A stretch of DNA of 63,768 nucleotides, filler included, from Chiloscyllium plagiosum (GCF_004010195.1; 4 parts of one record of this genome joined end to end with filler, not necessarily neighbours in it), one strand, 5' to 3'; numbered from the whole stretch's first letter, positions 40,810-54,875 are shown. Notes: a model not told the origin generated them from the sequence alone. Numbers and translations: made by a program.

Positions 40810-41904
40810 GACCTTACAATTTGGAAAAATAATCTTCCGTATGGAGTCACCCTCTTTCTATGTTGCAATGAGGAAAAAGAGACTATATTGGTAGAATGTA
40901 ATATCAGACACCACAGAACAGGATGATTAAATGTGTTACATAGCTACTCCACAAGATTTAAAGACAGTGAAGGACTTACTTAAAATCATCTGCCTGGCTA
41001 CCTCAGAAGGTTATATTTGCCTGCAAGAACTGGTCGCTCTTTGAGATTTGGACCTCTTGCTTAAGCTTGAACTCACATCACAATAAGGTTTGTGCATGGC
41101 ACTCTCTTGACAATGAGGATTTTTTTAAAACAGTATATTTTTAAATAACTTTCATCACATTATTAAGATCAGGGATGCTTTATTCAAGCAGTCCCCTTAA
41201 CTCATTAGTTTCTCAATGAAACACAATTTTAAAAAAGCAGGATTTTCACAGTGAGGGAGGAATTGGGGGCAGGGAGCAATTAACAGTAGAAGAATATTCT
41301 CTATGACAACCACTCAATTCCAACAATAGCAAAGGAATTAATTGCATTAAAATCTCAAACATTAAATGATGCCAACTGCATCACTCTACACACTAAATAC
41401 CTATAGCTCACAGTGTTTTCAGCACGCACCAATCCCTGAATTTGGCTCTGATATGTCAAAAACATGTATCTGAATAGCTGATTTTCTCCAGTACAGCATC
41501 TGCAGATTGAATGTTGCCACAGATATATTGAGGTATGGGACCACAGGAACCCTGCTTGAGCAGCTTTGATTTATATGCCTGAATAAGTGTGTTGAAGGCC
41601 TCCAGTATATGAGTAAGTAAGGGTCCAGGTTGATTGCAGTTTGCTACATGTTGCATACTGTCACACTACCGAGAGAATTACAACATTCTGAGGCAGCAGT
41701 GGATGATGGTGAGGAATCCGGAATGAGATGGCCTTGCATTCATGCACAATCAACATCTCACACAGGCAGAGAAGGTAAAGAAAGAGAAGCACTCACCTTC
41801 AGCCAGAGAAAGGAAGTACATGTATATATGTGGAAAAAAAATCCAAAGTCTTTCATTATCTCAGGCTGTCTCAGATTTCCGTAGAGTCAATAATGTACTT
41901 AAAG

Positions 41905-42320
41905 TCATGGAGTCATACAGCATGGAAGCAGCCCCATCAGTCCAACCAGTCAACGCTGGCTGTAATCTCAAACTAAACTAATCCTACCTGCCTGTGCTTG
42001 GTGCATATCCCCCCAAACATTTCTTATTCATGTACTTATCTAAATGTCTTTCAAAAGTTGTAACTATACCCGGATCCACCACTTCCTCTGGAAGTTCATT
42101 CCACACATGAACAACTCTCTGTAAAAAATTGCGCCTTGTGTCTTTTCAAAATGTTTCTCCTCTCACCTTAAAAGTAACCCCCTAGTCTTGAATTCCCTAT
42201 CCGAGCAAAAAGACACCAACTATTAACCCTATCTATACCCCTTATTATTATATAAACCTCCATAAGGTCACCTCTCAAGCTCTTTGAGTCCAGTTAAAAA
42301 GACCCAGCCTATCCAGCCTC
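41905..42320 (-). mobile_element. CR1 3' end
   Basis: gtcatggagtcatacagcatggaa tail on the plus strand and antisense GDLMEVYIIIRGIDRVN. Confidence 0.85.
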
Positions 42321-42859
42321 TTTTTAAAAAACAATCAAGTATTGTAATGTGAGAAACACAGCATAGTACAGAATTTGTGCACAGCAAGGTTCCACAACAA
42401 CATGAAATATGTTTCCATGACAAATAAAATAATACTCCCTGACTCCTCCACTGTCCCTTTTCTTCATGGAATCCTCCATTCCCAACTGTGTTTCAGTATC
42501 GGGAAATCCACGTTCTCACAGTTTAAAAAAATAGCATTCATTCCAGAAGGTTCATACATCAATAAAAATAAACTATGCATTGGCGTGGTCAAGCTGGTGT
42601 TTGCATTCCTTAAAAATCTTCCCAAAAGAACCAACAATATCAATCCCACCAAAAATAGAAATTCCCTTTCCTTTTATCCTTTGTCACAAAATTCCTACTT
42701 TCATACTGGAACTCTTGCACTCTATGAGATGTAACATGACTGATGGGACATTGAGAGGTGGAAACATGCCCTCAGGTGCATCAGGTGCCACTTACCCCAG
42801 TGGCACTACTACTTCTGTAGGTTCCATGATTTGAAGGCTTTCATTTACAATGTAAAGGG

Positions 42860-43245
42860 TCATAGAATCATAGAGAGGTGCAGTTCGGAAACAGACCCTT
42901 CAGTCCAACTTATCCCTGTTGACCAGATATCCATTATAAGTCTTCTCCCATTTGACAGCACTTGGCCCACATCCCCTAAACCCTTCCTATTCATATACCA
43001 TCCAGATGGCTTTTAAATATTGTAATTGTAGCAACTTCCTCAATTTCCTCTGACAGCTCATTCCATACATGCACCACTCTCTGCGTGAAAAAGTTGCCCT
43101 TTAGGTCTCTTTTAAATTTTTCACATCTCAGTCTAAACCTATGCCCTCTAGTACTGGACTCCCCCATCCCAGGGAAAAGACCTTGTCTATTTAGCCTATC
43201 CATGCCACTCATGATTTTATAAACTTCTATAAGGTGCTTCTTCAA
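42860..43245 (-). mobile_element. CR1 3' end
   Basis: HLIEVYKIMSGMDRLNRQGLFPGMGESSTRGHRFRL...FFTQRVVHVWNEL. Confidence 0.9.
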
Positions 43246-43529
43246 GTGCTGAGTCCAAGTTCAAAACTCATTCATGCTAGTCTCATGAAGAAAAACAATA
43301 TCTGTTACCTGTTCCTGATAGCCAATGGCTTTGAATGGAGGCTGAGAGGTGCAATAGGCTGTTTGGTGATCAGACTGAAATGTCTCAGTTATATTTGCCT
43401 CTAGGACAAGCAAAGAAGAAAAAGAGAGACAAAGAGAGAGATTTTTTGACTCTAGGATAAAAGAATTAGAACCAGGACAGTTTTGACCTATGCTGGCTAT
43501 GCTTCAGATGTTAGCAACTACAGGATGAA

Positions 43530-43882
43530 TCAAAGAATCCTTACAGTGTGGAGACAAACCCTTCGGCACAACAAGTCCACACTAACCCTCCAAAGAGAAC
43601 TCACCTAGACCTATTCCCCTACCCAACTTTACCTAATACTCTTTAGCTATGACTAATATACCTAAACTACATATCCCTGAACACTATGGGACAATTTAGC
43701 ATGGCCAATTCACCTAACCTGCACATCGTTTGACTGTGAGAAGAAATGGGAGCACCTGGAGGAAACCTGCAGAGACACGGGCAGAATCTGCAAACTCCAC
43801 ACTGACAGTCCCCCAAGGCTGGAATCGTAGCCGGATCTTTGGCACTGTGAGGCTGAAGTGCTAACCACTGAGCCATCGTGTC
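43530..43882 (-). mobile_element. HE1-type SINE
   Basis: Reverse complement gacacgatggctcagtggttagcacttcagcctcacagtgcc...gtggagtttgcag. Confidence 0.88.
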
Positions 43883-44089
43883 ACTCTGTGATTGGGGGAA
43901 GATTTGAAGGAATACCCTCAAAGTAAGCATGGATCCAAGAAATTGCAAATCTTAAACAAGCCTTTGTAACAGTACCCAGAGCAAGTGGCTAATTTGATAA
44001 ATACCTGACCTGAATTTTGGAGTATAAGTCAAAGGAATATAGAAGGAAATAAGTTTGGTTTGGTACAGACAATGGTGTTCATTATATTT

Positions 44090-45700
44090 CTAATATCTTA
44101 ATGTAAGTGACTGTTTAGGATAGAGGAGAATAGATTTAAAGCAAGGGGCAGAAGGAGATGTGAGGAAAGTCTTTTCAGCCAGAGAGTAGTGGGAATCTGG
44201 AACTCACTGTCTGTAAGGGTGGGAGAGGCAGAAACCCTCGTAACATTGAAGAAACATCGAGTTGTGCATTTACAGTGCTAAGGCATCCAAGCAACCTCAG
44301 TTGGGAGCATCGGGAGTAGAGTAGAGCAGAGCATAGAGAACGTGGGGTGAACAGAGGCAGTAGAACTTCCAGATAAAATCCCGAGGGGCAGGGACCTATA
44401 TCGAGCTTACTCAGAGTAGCAGCAGGAGAGGAGCAGAGATAAATCCAGAGGAGGAACCCAGAACTCATGATTCAGGACGCGAAGCAAATGGATTGGCTGC
44501 TCAGGGACCATCTTTAGAGACTGAATATTACCAGGAAGGAGTGAGGATGTAAAGTCCTTGTTTGTAGTTTGTTAGGAATAGAGAGGGACAGACAGAGTAA
44601 GAAACCTGATTTGGAGTGTAGTGGGTAAGACTGAGTAATTGGTTCATAGATTATTGTTAGTAGTTGATAAGGTTCACAATGGCAAGAGAGCTTGGCCCCG
44701 TGGAATACTCCTCCTGCAATCCGTGAGTATGGGAAATCAAGGATACTTCCAGTGTCCCTGGTGACCATATACAGGAAACGTGTTCAGCTGGAAATCCTGA
44801 TTGACTGCATGGAGTGGCTGAAACTGCGGATGGACTCACTATGGATCATTGTGATGTTGATGACATCATGGATAGCACATTTACGGGGTTGGTCACACTA
44901 CAAGAAATGGCTACATGGACAGAAAAGTGCTGAGTGACCCACAGGAAGACAAAATAAGCATGGGTAGGCAGTGCAGGAGTCCCTTGGATAATATGCTAAA
45001 TACTATTGGGAAGGATAGCCTCGAAGGAGAAAGCAGCAGCAGCCAAGTTTGTGGCATCATGGCTGGCTTTGCTGCAAGCAGGGGAGGAAAGACTGAGAGA
45101 GCTTTAGTGATAGAGGATTCAATTGTAAGGGAACTGATGGGCAGTTCTGTAGCCACAAATGAGACTGTCGACTGATTATGTTGCTTCCCTGGTGCCAGTG
45201 TCAAGGATTTCTCAGTGCAGCTTCAGAGCATTATGAAGGGGGAGGGTTAACTGCCAGCAGTAGTCGTAAATGGCAGTATCAATGACATAGATTTACATAG
45301 GCCTTCAGTTTAAAGCAAGGACCAAATGGTTTAAAGGAGTTCTGAGAGAGAATGCTTTCACCCAGAGGTTGGTAGAAATATGGAACATGCTGCTGAGAGG
45401 ATGGTGGAAGTGGATACTCTGCAACATTTAAGAAGTATTGGGATGAGTACTTAAACTGCCAGGTCATAGAAGGCTAGTGACCAAGTGCAGGTAAATGGGA
45501 TTAGTGTAGTTTGTTAGTTGCAGAGGTATGGTGGGCCGAAGGGCCTGTTTCTATGCTGCATGTCTTTCTGACTCCAAGGCAATGGGCCACGTGCAAAAAA
45601 ATGGGATTAGAACAATTAGGTGATTGCTTTTGACCAGCGCAGAAGATACAGGCCAAAGGGCCTTTATTTGTTCTGTTGATCTCTATGACTTTATGATGCT
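44090..45700 (+). mobile_element. Cluster of decayed CR1 pieces (3' tail, ORF1 region, further 3' tails)
   Basis: RALVIEDSIVR (esterase GDS block) and CFPGASVKD near 45100-45210; tails gggccgaagggcctgtttctatgctg and ctctatgactttatga. Confidence 0.75.
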
Positions 45701-45734
45701 ATGTGTGTAGTTATTAGTAATCATGTTCTTTGAT

Positions 45735-46023
45735 TAAAAATCACACAACATCAGGTTATAGTTCAACAGGTTAAATTGGAAGCACACTAGCTTTCGGAGT
45801 GACAGTCCTTCATCAGGTGATTGTCGCTCCGAAAGCTAGTGTGCTTCCAATTAAACCTGTTGGACTATAACCTGGAAGCACACTAGCTTTCGGAGTGACA
45901 GTCCTTCATCAGGTGATTCATCGCTCCGAAAGCTAGTGTGCTTCCAATTAAACCTGTTGGACTATAACCTGGTGTTGTGTGATTTTTAACTTTGTACACC
46001 CCAGTCCAACACCGGCATCTCCA
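45735..46023. mobile_element. Family A foldback element with an internal ~97-bp tandem duplication
   Basis: tggaagcacactagctttcggagtgacagtcc...ggactataacc occurs twice; TSD aatcatgttctttgat / aatcattttctttgat. Confidence 0.9.
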
Positions 46024-48299
46024 AATCATTTTCTTTGATGTTTGTGTGGCAAAATGCTTCTGTTTAAAATATTGACTTTTGTGACTTCATTATTTTAGAA
46101 AATACCTGAGTTTTTGGATTTTTTTGAAAAATATAAATATCTAATGATTTTAATGAGACCATAACACATAATAAACTGCTTACATGGTGTTATACATACA
46201 TTTAGTGTTTTTTTCCCATTGTATCATCTTCTCAACTATGTGCAATGACTTCATTGCTTGACGATTATACCAATATTCTTGAAGAATGTGTCACTCGACT
46301 CATCAGCTGAGAGAAATCATTACATCAATTTTCTGAAGATAAAGAAGTTCACTCCACTTATTCCAGTTCCATGCATCTTCATGCTTGTTACTTCATCCAG
46401 TGAAACATCCTCCAGCTCAGTAAACACTCTTTTTCAAATGCTGCAAGATATAAGAAGGCATATACAAATTTGAGGCGAGAACAGGAGCCAGGTATCCTGA
46501 TGTTTTGCATATACGTTTTCTTCTTTCTGTACACAAGCACCCACAAATATGAAAACAATAAAAGTTTCTTCTGTCACGTATCTCATTGAAGAGATAATAA
46601 AGCCAAAGGCTGTTTGAACTTTGAAATGTTCGATCAAGTGGAAACTGAATGCACCTTGCCTTAGCTTTCTTGGAAATTTCTTCCTACTGTTCCATCTCTG
46701 TGCATTGTGTACTGTATATCTTTCCTCATACATATTCTTCTAAGCTTTGTATTTTATTGTCTCTGGTTTGGATCAATTTTTTCTTTGCAACGAGAAAACA
46801 TAGCAATCAAGGCACCTAATTGTCAATTACATTTCTTTTCATCAAAGCAAAAATCATTCTTTAAATGTCAGCTCCTATTTTTTCCAAGACTAGCACAACC
46901 TTACATCTATAGTTGACATTATGAATTTGGATGGTAGCTTAGTGCAATATCTCAATTTGGTTCGAGAGGTTTCACCTAGTTTCTGGCATATATAAGACAT
47001 TACTGGTAAGGACGAAGTCATAAGCTTCTACTATTCTTACAGGATTTACATAAAGACTAACAGATGTACTTTCTTTCAGCAAACTAACAAGATCATTAAT
47101 CCTCTCTCTGTCCAGATGGTAGCTTGTTGCATGTATATCTGTATATTTAATAGTCTTTTTGCCTTTAGCCTCCAGGAGTTAATACCTCCTTTTCCATATT
47201 TCTGCGAGCAACATACCTTCCAATGCATCAGAAAATCTGGGCCTTTCCTACTACTGAAGCCCCTCCCATTTCTTGATTCACTTCATAAGAACAGGCATGT
47301 ACCTTTGTAAAAAAACACAAAGTTTCCTTCCCTTCTGAAGGCTGGGCCCAAATAACAGCAAGTTTTACATACACAAGTGCAGGTTTGCTGTCTGAGAAGA
47401 CTTCAGTGGATTATGTTACATTGACAAATGGAAGTCCTATCCCTCTCACCAAGCAATCAGCCCTCTGAGAAAAATTCAGCCTGATAACTGCGAAAGATTA
47501 TATTAGTATTTAACTTTATTTTAGTAAGGGGTAACTTAGAGAGCAAGAAAACTAGTGCCAAACTCAGGAGCAAAGAGAAGAGATTGGAAATATTTTTCTG
47601 TGAAAAATATTTTCAGAATTTCAGATTAGAGTCTATAGAAGTGGTTCTGGCGATGCAGGATCATCGAAAGAAAAGCCAATGCAGATGATATGATTCATTC
47701 TAAATAAATAATTTTCATCAGATTTTCCTGATCTTCTGGTGTACAATTCATGTTACAGATAATAAGATGCTATACAAACAAACCACCATCCCCCATGAAT
47801 ATCAAAAGTTGGTCTAGCAATAAAATAGGCATAACCCTCGAGGTCAGTATTTCTCAAGCTGTAACTGTGCTGTAATGGTAAGATCCACAACTCATCGAAA
47901 TGGCGTCTGTCAAATCCTCATACAAACTGCAGTCACACGCTGGAAATAGACATCAAATTGTGAGCACAACTGAACAATACAAAGTACATTGTACTTAATA
48001 AAGCACAAATTGGTAAGAAGGATTGAGCTAAATAAATGAATGTTCTCAACTTTGATCTGTTCCATGTGGGGTGGTACCTACAGTGCTGTCAAGCAGCACC
48101 TCATTATCAATAGCCTGCAATAAAAATCGAGAAGTTCATTTAAAAATTGTTTCCACCGCGTTACAGCCTCGGTCCCAACATGAACAAAAGAACTGAATTC
48201 CAGAGGTGGTGTGAGAGTGATTCCCTTGGCATCAGGCAACATTTGACCAGGGGAGAATGTTTCACTGTTTAGCATTATAACCAAAACTGAAAAAACTGC

Positions 48300-49400
48300 A
48301 CATACATGCTGATTTAGACTTCATTACTTTCTCCCTTATTCTGACTCCCCTGTTCATTACTGTTTCCTATTCTGGTGTTCTTTGCCTCTTCGCATACCTT
48401 GATGTTACTTTCGAATTTTCTCCGTGGTTCCCACTGTCCTAGTTAGTTAGTTTAAATTTTCCCCTATGACACTAACAAAATGGTCTGCAAGGAATTCATT
48501 CCCGACTCTGGTCAGATACAATCTGACCACTTCTACAAGTGCCATCTCTCCTAGAGCTGGCCTCAGGATTCCTGGAATCTAATGTCCTCCCAACTGCACC
48601 AACTTTCTAGCCATACATTAAACTTGCCTTAACTTTCCAGTTCTGTATTCACTTGAACATAGCACTGGGAGTAAACCAAAGATTACTACATTAGAGGTCC
48701 TGATGGTAAATTTTTGACCTCGCTCCATAAATTCTAAGTGTGTAACCCTCTTCCTACCTATGGTTAGTATCAATGTGAACTACAGCCTCTGGCTGTTCAC
48801 TTCCCCAGAAGAATAACCCCCATCCCTGACCCTAGCAACAGGGAGGCAACAAACCATCTCGGAGACAGGAAATGCTTGCCTCTCCCTTAATTAAAAGAAT
48901 CCCCTTTCAATACTGACCTTCCACTCTTCATCTTCCCTACACAGCTGGCTACCCCGTACAACGGGGTTGCTGCACTCTTACATGGATCTATCCCTCTCAC
49001 TTATATCTAGAAAAGCAACTTGTGAGCAGGACCTCAGCACACTCTTGCTGTACTTGCCTGGTTCCCTTGGACTGCCTAGACTTATTCCCTATCTGACTGA
49101 TTGCTCCTAACTCGCAGTGTGGCAATTTCTTCGAGCATGCAATTCACACAATCCTCAGCTTCGTGGATGCACCTCAATTACTCGCACTTTAGCATGACTG
49201 AGAGTAACTTCAGTTCCTCTAGCGACCGCTCAATTCTGAAACCTGGAGCTCAAGCTTGTGCAGCTGGTGACACTTCCGGTATGTGGGTTTGTCTGGGTCA
49301 CAAGTACAGTCCCCATGTGCCACAGGATGGGCATTTTGCTAGACCAGCTGCCCTGCCATAGCTTAAATTATACTTCTAAGTTATTTAACTAACTGTAAAT
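48300..49400 (-). mobile_element. Decayed CR1 5'/ORF1 region
   Basis: Antisense of esterase blocks (agcactgggagtaaaccaaagattactac; ccctgaccctagcaacagggaggcaac) and a zinc-finger start near 49360. Confidence 0.65.
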
Positions 49401-51269
49401 GTAAGTACTTTAACCTTACTGTTATACTATTAACTAAAAATGGGTGGTTGGTAGAAAGTAGTCATTCATTGCCTTTACTCATAAATCAAGTCCTCTGCCT
49501 ATAAATTATTTCTTTCCCTCTGCCAGTTTAGAAACATATGCTTTTCAACATTATTGCAGCTGAAACACAATCTTTAACAGCAGCTCAACAACAAGAAATC
49601 AACTCACAATTTTCCTGTCACATTATGCCAGCTCTTTTTTCTCTTTTCCTATTATTGTTTTACCTAGTGTCTGTTCTCCCATGCACTTTCAAATGCCGTC
49701 ATCTTACTAATCAAATTAGCATCTGAGGAATGTCAATGAATATAAGAAACATAGTTAAATCATTAATAACATGCAAATTCAGCCATATGAGCAATATTAT
49801 AATTTGCTTTGATTTAGTCTGGAACTAACGCCAGATCAACATTTCAAGTAATTCCAAGTGGTAGATTTACTAATGTGTATGAGGGATTGCAGTCCTTATT
49901 AAGGGAGGCATTTGCACGATCAGTCTCAGTTTCACCTTGGGATACTGCCGTGAACAGTTGCAAACGAAATTGATAAGATCATAAAGAGTATGCTGGCTTT
50001 CATTTCAATACATTATTTATCATAATAGCTAGTTCTCTGAATGAGTTCCAAGGATTCAACTCTTCCTGGTGATGATGTATAATGCTTTTGTTCTAATGCA
50101 CAGACATCAGAACAAGTTCCCGAAGTTTTCACATTCCAAACAAAACATTTTCATTTTTGTGTCACTTTCCCTCATTGATTATGGCCATTTGTCATTCAGA
50201 ATCCAATGTTTAAAGCAAGAGCCTTGAAAGTTAAATACAAACTATATGGATTTCTCCACTTCCCGGGTATTTTTCAGTGCATAATCTGAGGGTACAATTT
50301 TTGGGACAGAAAAACCATGCAGAAGTTGTGTCTGATGATTGCCCACCATTATCTTGCATTTCTTGATTCATTTGTGTTTTTTCAGCTGTTCCCACAACCT
50401 AGCTGCCAAATGTTGGGTATTATCATTTAACTAGACAGTAATAAGGAGCAGTGGCACTGCAGTCTCATGTTCCCCTGCTTTTACAATCTCAATGAACAGT
50501 GCAAGTTCCATTCGTGTGTATAACGTATAGTTGGTGCCAAGACCAATTGAAGTAGGCAGAATTTAGAAATGCACAAACTCAAAGAGATGTTTAAGAGTTC
50601 TATTAGTGATTTATGAACCTTGGAAACACTTCTAACATTTAGTTTTCTTTTCTTTCTACAGGCCATTACCTACTTCTTCATTCTTCTATAAGAATCTGAA
50701 AACTTGTAGATTTCTGCCTCTGTCTGCTGGACTTCTCAGGAGTTAATCTATCTTTCCCCATTAGTCAACCCTCCATACATCATTATCATGGAGTATGAAG
50801 AGAAGTATAGGATATGGAGGTGATCATGTAACTCAAAGTTGAGCAGATGTTGTAATTTGAATTTTTTTAAAATCTGGAAGTAAAAGTCTAATTATCACCC
50901 TGAAACCATTGTTGATTATTGTAAAAATTTAGTTCACTAATGTGTCCTTTAGGGAAGGAAACCTCACTTGGTCTGGTCTTCATGTGACTCCAGACAAACA
51001 ACAATGTGGTTGACTCTTAACTGCCCTCTGAAACTGAGTTGCATCTAGCTGCCTCAAAAAAGGAAGCATCTGCTTTGAATATTTCAGTATTAATCTAGAT
51101 GCTGGAAATGACAATGGCAAACTCAATCCTGTCCCCCCTGCAAAGACCTCCTTATTAACAATAGTGACCCGATGGCAAAATTGGCAAGCTGTCTCATAGC
51201 CGAATAAAGCAACAGCCTGACATGGTTATACACATGGAATCATACTAATGTACCATCCTTCATCCATCC

Positions 51270-52700
51270 TTGGGTCACACTTGGCTGCATTCACTTTCAT
51301 CTGTTACTTCTCTGCCCCTTCCACCAACCTTTTGTACTGTGTCCTCCTCACAGTTTACAATATTTCCAAACTTTGATATGTTGTCCTATACATCAAAGTC
51401 TAGCTCCAAAGTGTATGTTAGGATGAGCAAGTATTCTTGCACCAACTTCTGAAGAGCTCCACAGTAAATGTTCATCCAGTCCAAAGAAGAACTGCCCTCA
51501 CTGCTCACTGTTTTGTCACTGGACCAATGTCATTTCTATATTTCTAGTGTCTCTACTATTCATTGAGTTCTAACTTTGCTCACAGGCCAGTTAAGCAGCA
51601 CTTTATCAAATGTCTTTTGGAAGTCTATCCAAACTAACTCAACACATTATCTTCATCCACCCTTTACATTACTTCATCACCAATACTCAAGGAAGTAACT
51701 TAAATATCATTGCCTCTAAATCCATGTTAACTTCCCTTAACAAAATTGTATTTGCCCAAATAAAATTAATTTTATCCCAAATTATCATTTCCCAATGTTT
51801 CCCCACCACAAAGATTAAACGGATTTGCCTGTAGTTGCTGGGTGTCTCCTTAGACCCTATTTTTTGAATAGGGGTGTAACAATTGCAATCCTACAGATTT
51901 CTGGCACCACTCAAGAGGAATTGATGATTCTGGCAGATGCATCATTGATTTGCATCATTACCTTCCTCGGTTTCATTGGATGCATCTTACTTCGTTCTGA
52001 TGACTTACCAACCTTAAGAAATAGCAGTCTATTCAGTAACTCCTCATTATTAATTTTGAAAATATCAAGAGTGTTAACCATCTTCTCTTTCACCATGACT
52101 TGGCAATGTTTTTGTCTTTGCCAAAAACAAATGCAAAGAACTAACCTAGTACCTCATGGAAGCCTCATGCCTCCATGTTTAAATCTCCTTTAGATTCTAC
52201 CTCTTCTTGAGCTACTCCTTTACGTTCTTTTGAATTCCCGTTTACGTTAGCCGCCAATCTCTTCTTATACACTTGCTTTGATTCCGTTGCATTTTTTAAA
52301 AATTCTCATCTCAGCCCTTAATAATATGCCTGATCTTAAATTGTATTATCCATCTGGAATCTATCATATCTACACTTTTTCTGCTTTACAATGCTTTCTA
52401 TCTCTTTTATCATCCAAACAGCTCTGGACTGGCTTGCCCTACCTTTTTTCTTTATTTAATGTAAATTGATTGCTCCTGAACGATTCCTTCTTATAAAACC
52501 ATCCATTGCACAGTTACAACTTTGAAGGTCAATGTTTGATTCCAATTTAGGGCCAACTCTGTCCTACCCCATGTCAATTATGCTCCCCCAGTTAAATATT
52601 TTACTTCGAGTTGCTTCTCGTCTTTTTCCATAACCAATCTAAATCTTATGATATGCTGTTCACCGTTCCCCAAAACGTTCTGAACTTGATCCACAAAACC
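51270..52700 (-). mobile_element. Old CR1 ORF2 fragment
   Basis: Minus peptide EELLNRLLFLKVGKSSERSKMHP; antisense DFQKTFDKV at about 51600-51630. Confidence 0.65.
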
Positions 52701-53924
52701 AGATCTAGCGTTGATTCAAAGCATAAATAATAATAGTTGTAATCCATCACAGACTTTACTTATCTTTGATAAAATCTTTAACACTTCCTAATCACTTAAT
52801 TTCTTGCTCATTAGTATTTGTGTAGTTTGCAGATTTGCTTCTAAAATGTCTTTCTAACTTTTCAACTTTTGCAGGAAGTATCCTAACACATATGCAATTA
52901 TCTTTTCTCTTCTTACTTAAAGTGGTAAAGAAAATAATGGTTTTGTTATTACGACAAGCCCATTACATGTCTAAAACATTCAGAACTAAATCAGCAAGAT
53001 TGACTGTGGAACATAGATCCTTTCAAAGAGGTCAAACAACTGGACAGACATTTGTCAACAGCAGTGATTGCTGCAGGCTGTACAATAGTAAAGTACAAGA
53101 ACTTCTCCTTTATAGGATTCTGTTCACAACCAGGGCATTGTTTCAAACCTCTTTGTTGGCGTTTCTGCTATAAGACTTGTAGTGCACTTTTGCTACTACT
53201 TAGGTCAGGATCAAGATACTTGAAGGTCTTATCTCAACTGTTCCTAATAACTTTCCTGCATATTGGATTTTGCCACAAACGCATTCAATCTTAACTGAGT
53301 TTGAAGGCTCTTGTTTAGACTTTGTTGAGAAGACACCATCTCCACTAAACTTCAGATGACACTAGCGGATATTGATCCTTTTTCAAGTTTCAATTTTGCA
53401 GAAGTGTACTGTTTCGCTGTTAAAAAAAGTTTCTAAGACTCAGCTTTCCTAGAACTCTCGACCAGAAAGTGATGACATCAGCTGGGGTTACTGCTCCAGG
53501 GAAGGATATTTGTCAACATATGTTCGGTGACTAAAATAAAAAAAAACACAGATGCTGGAGATGTAAAACAAAAAAAAACAAGAAACTCAGGAGGTCTGGC
53601 AGCATCAGTGGAAAGAAAGCAGGGTTCATAGTTCAGGTCTGGTGATTCTTCATCAGAACTCATGAGGAGGCATTGGTCTCAAAACATTAACTCTGTTTTC
53701 TTCCCAAAAGTTAGTTGAAAACAGATTTGTGTTATTATATCACAATGGTAAAGTAGCTTTATCATACATGAAGAGCATGAACGCCTCAGCAGCACATTAC
53801 TATTGACCAAGCTGGCTGAGTCTTAAAGGACATAGCTTTTAGATTGGGTCTGTGACAAATGGTGAATGAAACAACAAGATGGAGAGAAAAACCTACCCGA
53901 CTTCATTGCTCCTTTATATTCAAT

Positions 53925-54572
53925 GGTATCACCATCACTGAATTCCCCAATACAAACATTCTGGAGATTACCATTGACCAGAAACTGAAATAGGTGAGGA
54001 CTGCAGATGCTGGAAATCAGAGTCTAGATTAGAGTGGTACTGGAAAAGCACAGCATCCGAGGAGCAGGAAAATCGACGAAGGGCTTTTGCCCGAAACATC
54101 GATTTTCCTGCTCCTTGGATGGTGCCTGACCTGCTGTGCTTTTCCAGCACCACTCTAATCCAGAAACTGAAATAGCCATATAAATACTCCAGTGACAAGG
54201 GCAGATCAGAGGTTAGGAATCTGCAGCAAGTAACTCACTTCCTGACTCTCCAAAGCATGTCTTCCATCTTTAAAGCACAAGAGTGTGATGGATCCCTGAC
54301 TTATCTGGATGAGCGCAGCTCCACACCACTCAAACAGCTGGACACCATTCAAGTCAAAGCAGTCTGTGGGAGTAGCAACATATCCACAACTTTCACGTAT
54401 TCTATTAATAATGCAGAGTAGCAGCAGGAAATACCATCTACAAGATACACCACAGAAATTTACCAAGGTTTCTTAGACAACATATCCCAAAGTCATGGCT
54501 ACTACCATCCAGAAGGTCATAGACAGTAGATAGATGGGAACACCATCACCTGCAAGTTTCCCTCCAAACCAC
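53925..54572 (+). mobile_element. Old non-LTR retrotransposon RT C-terminus (L2/CR1 group), interrupted by a Penelope insertion
   Basis: ILEITIDQKL...HIN motif, then degenerate LDTIQVKAV and a gggaacaccatcacctgcaagtttccctccaa tail. Confidence 0.6.
53994..54159. mobile_element. Family B foldback Penelope-like element
   Basis: Near-perfect palindrome around cgacgaagggcttttgcccgaaacatcg; exact 16-bp TSD ccagaaactgaaatag (53978-53993, 54160-54175). Confidence 0.88.
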
Positions 54573-54573
54573 T

Positions 54574-54742
54574 CATAGAGTCATAAGATGTACAGCATGG
54601 AAACAGACCCTTTGGTCCAACCTGTCCATGCCGACCAGCTATCCCAACCCAACCTAGTTCCACCTGCCAGCACCCGGCCCATATCCCTCCAATCCCTTCC
54701 TAGTCATGTACTCATCCAAATGCCTTTTAAATGTTGCAATTG
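54574..54742 (-). mobile_element. CR1 3' tail
   Basis: catagagtcataagatgtacagcatggaaacagaccc is antisense to 62520-62690. Confidence 0.85.
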
Positions 54743-54759
54743 TTCACTGGAAGCAAGTC

Positions 54760-54825
54760 CCAAGTTCATCCAAAGATTCCTCATAAGCCAACAGAGGCAA
54801 AGGAAGCACAAGGTGAGGTCAGTGC

Positions 54826-54875
<50 letters not shown>

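Noticed and set aside
45735..46023. CRISPR-like repeat-spacer appearance
   Set aside because: Only two units, no unique spacers, no cas genes and a eukaryotic context; it is a duplicated Penelope-derived hairpin.
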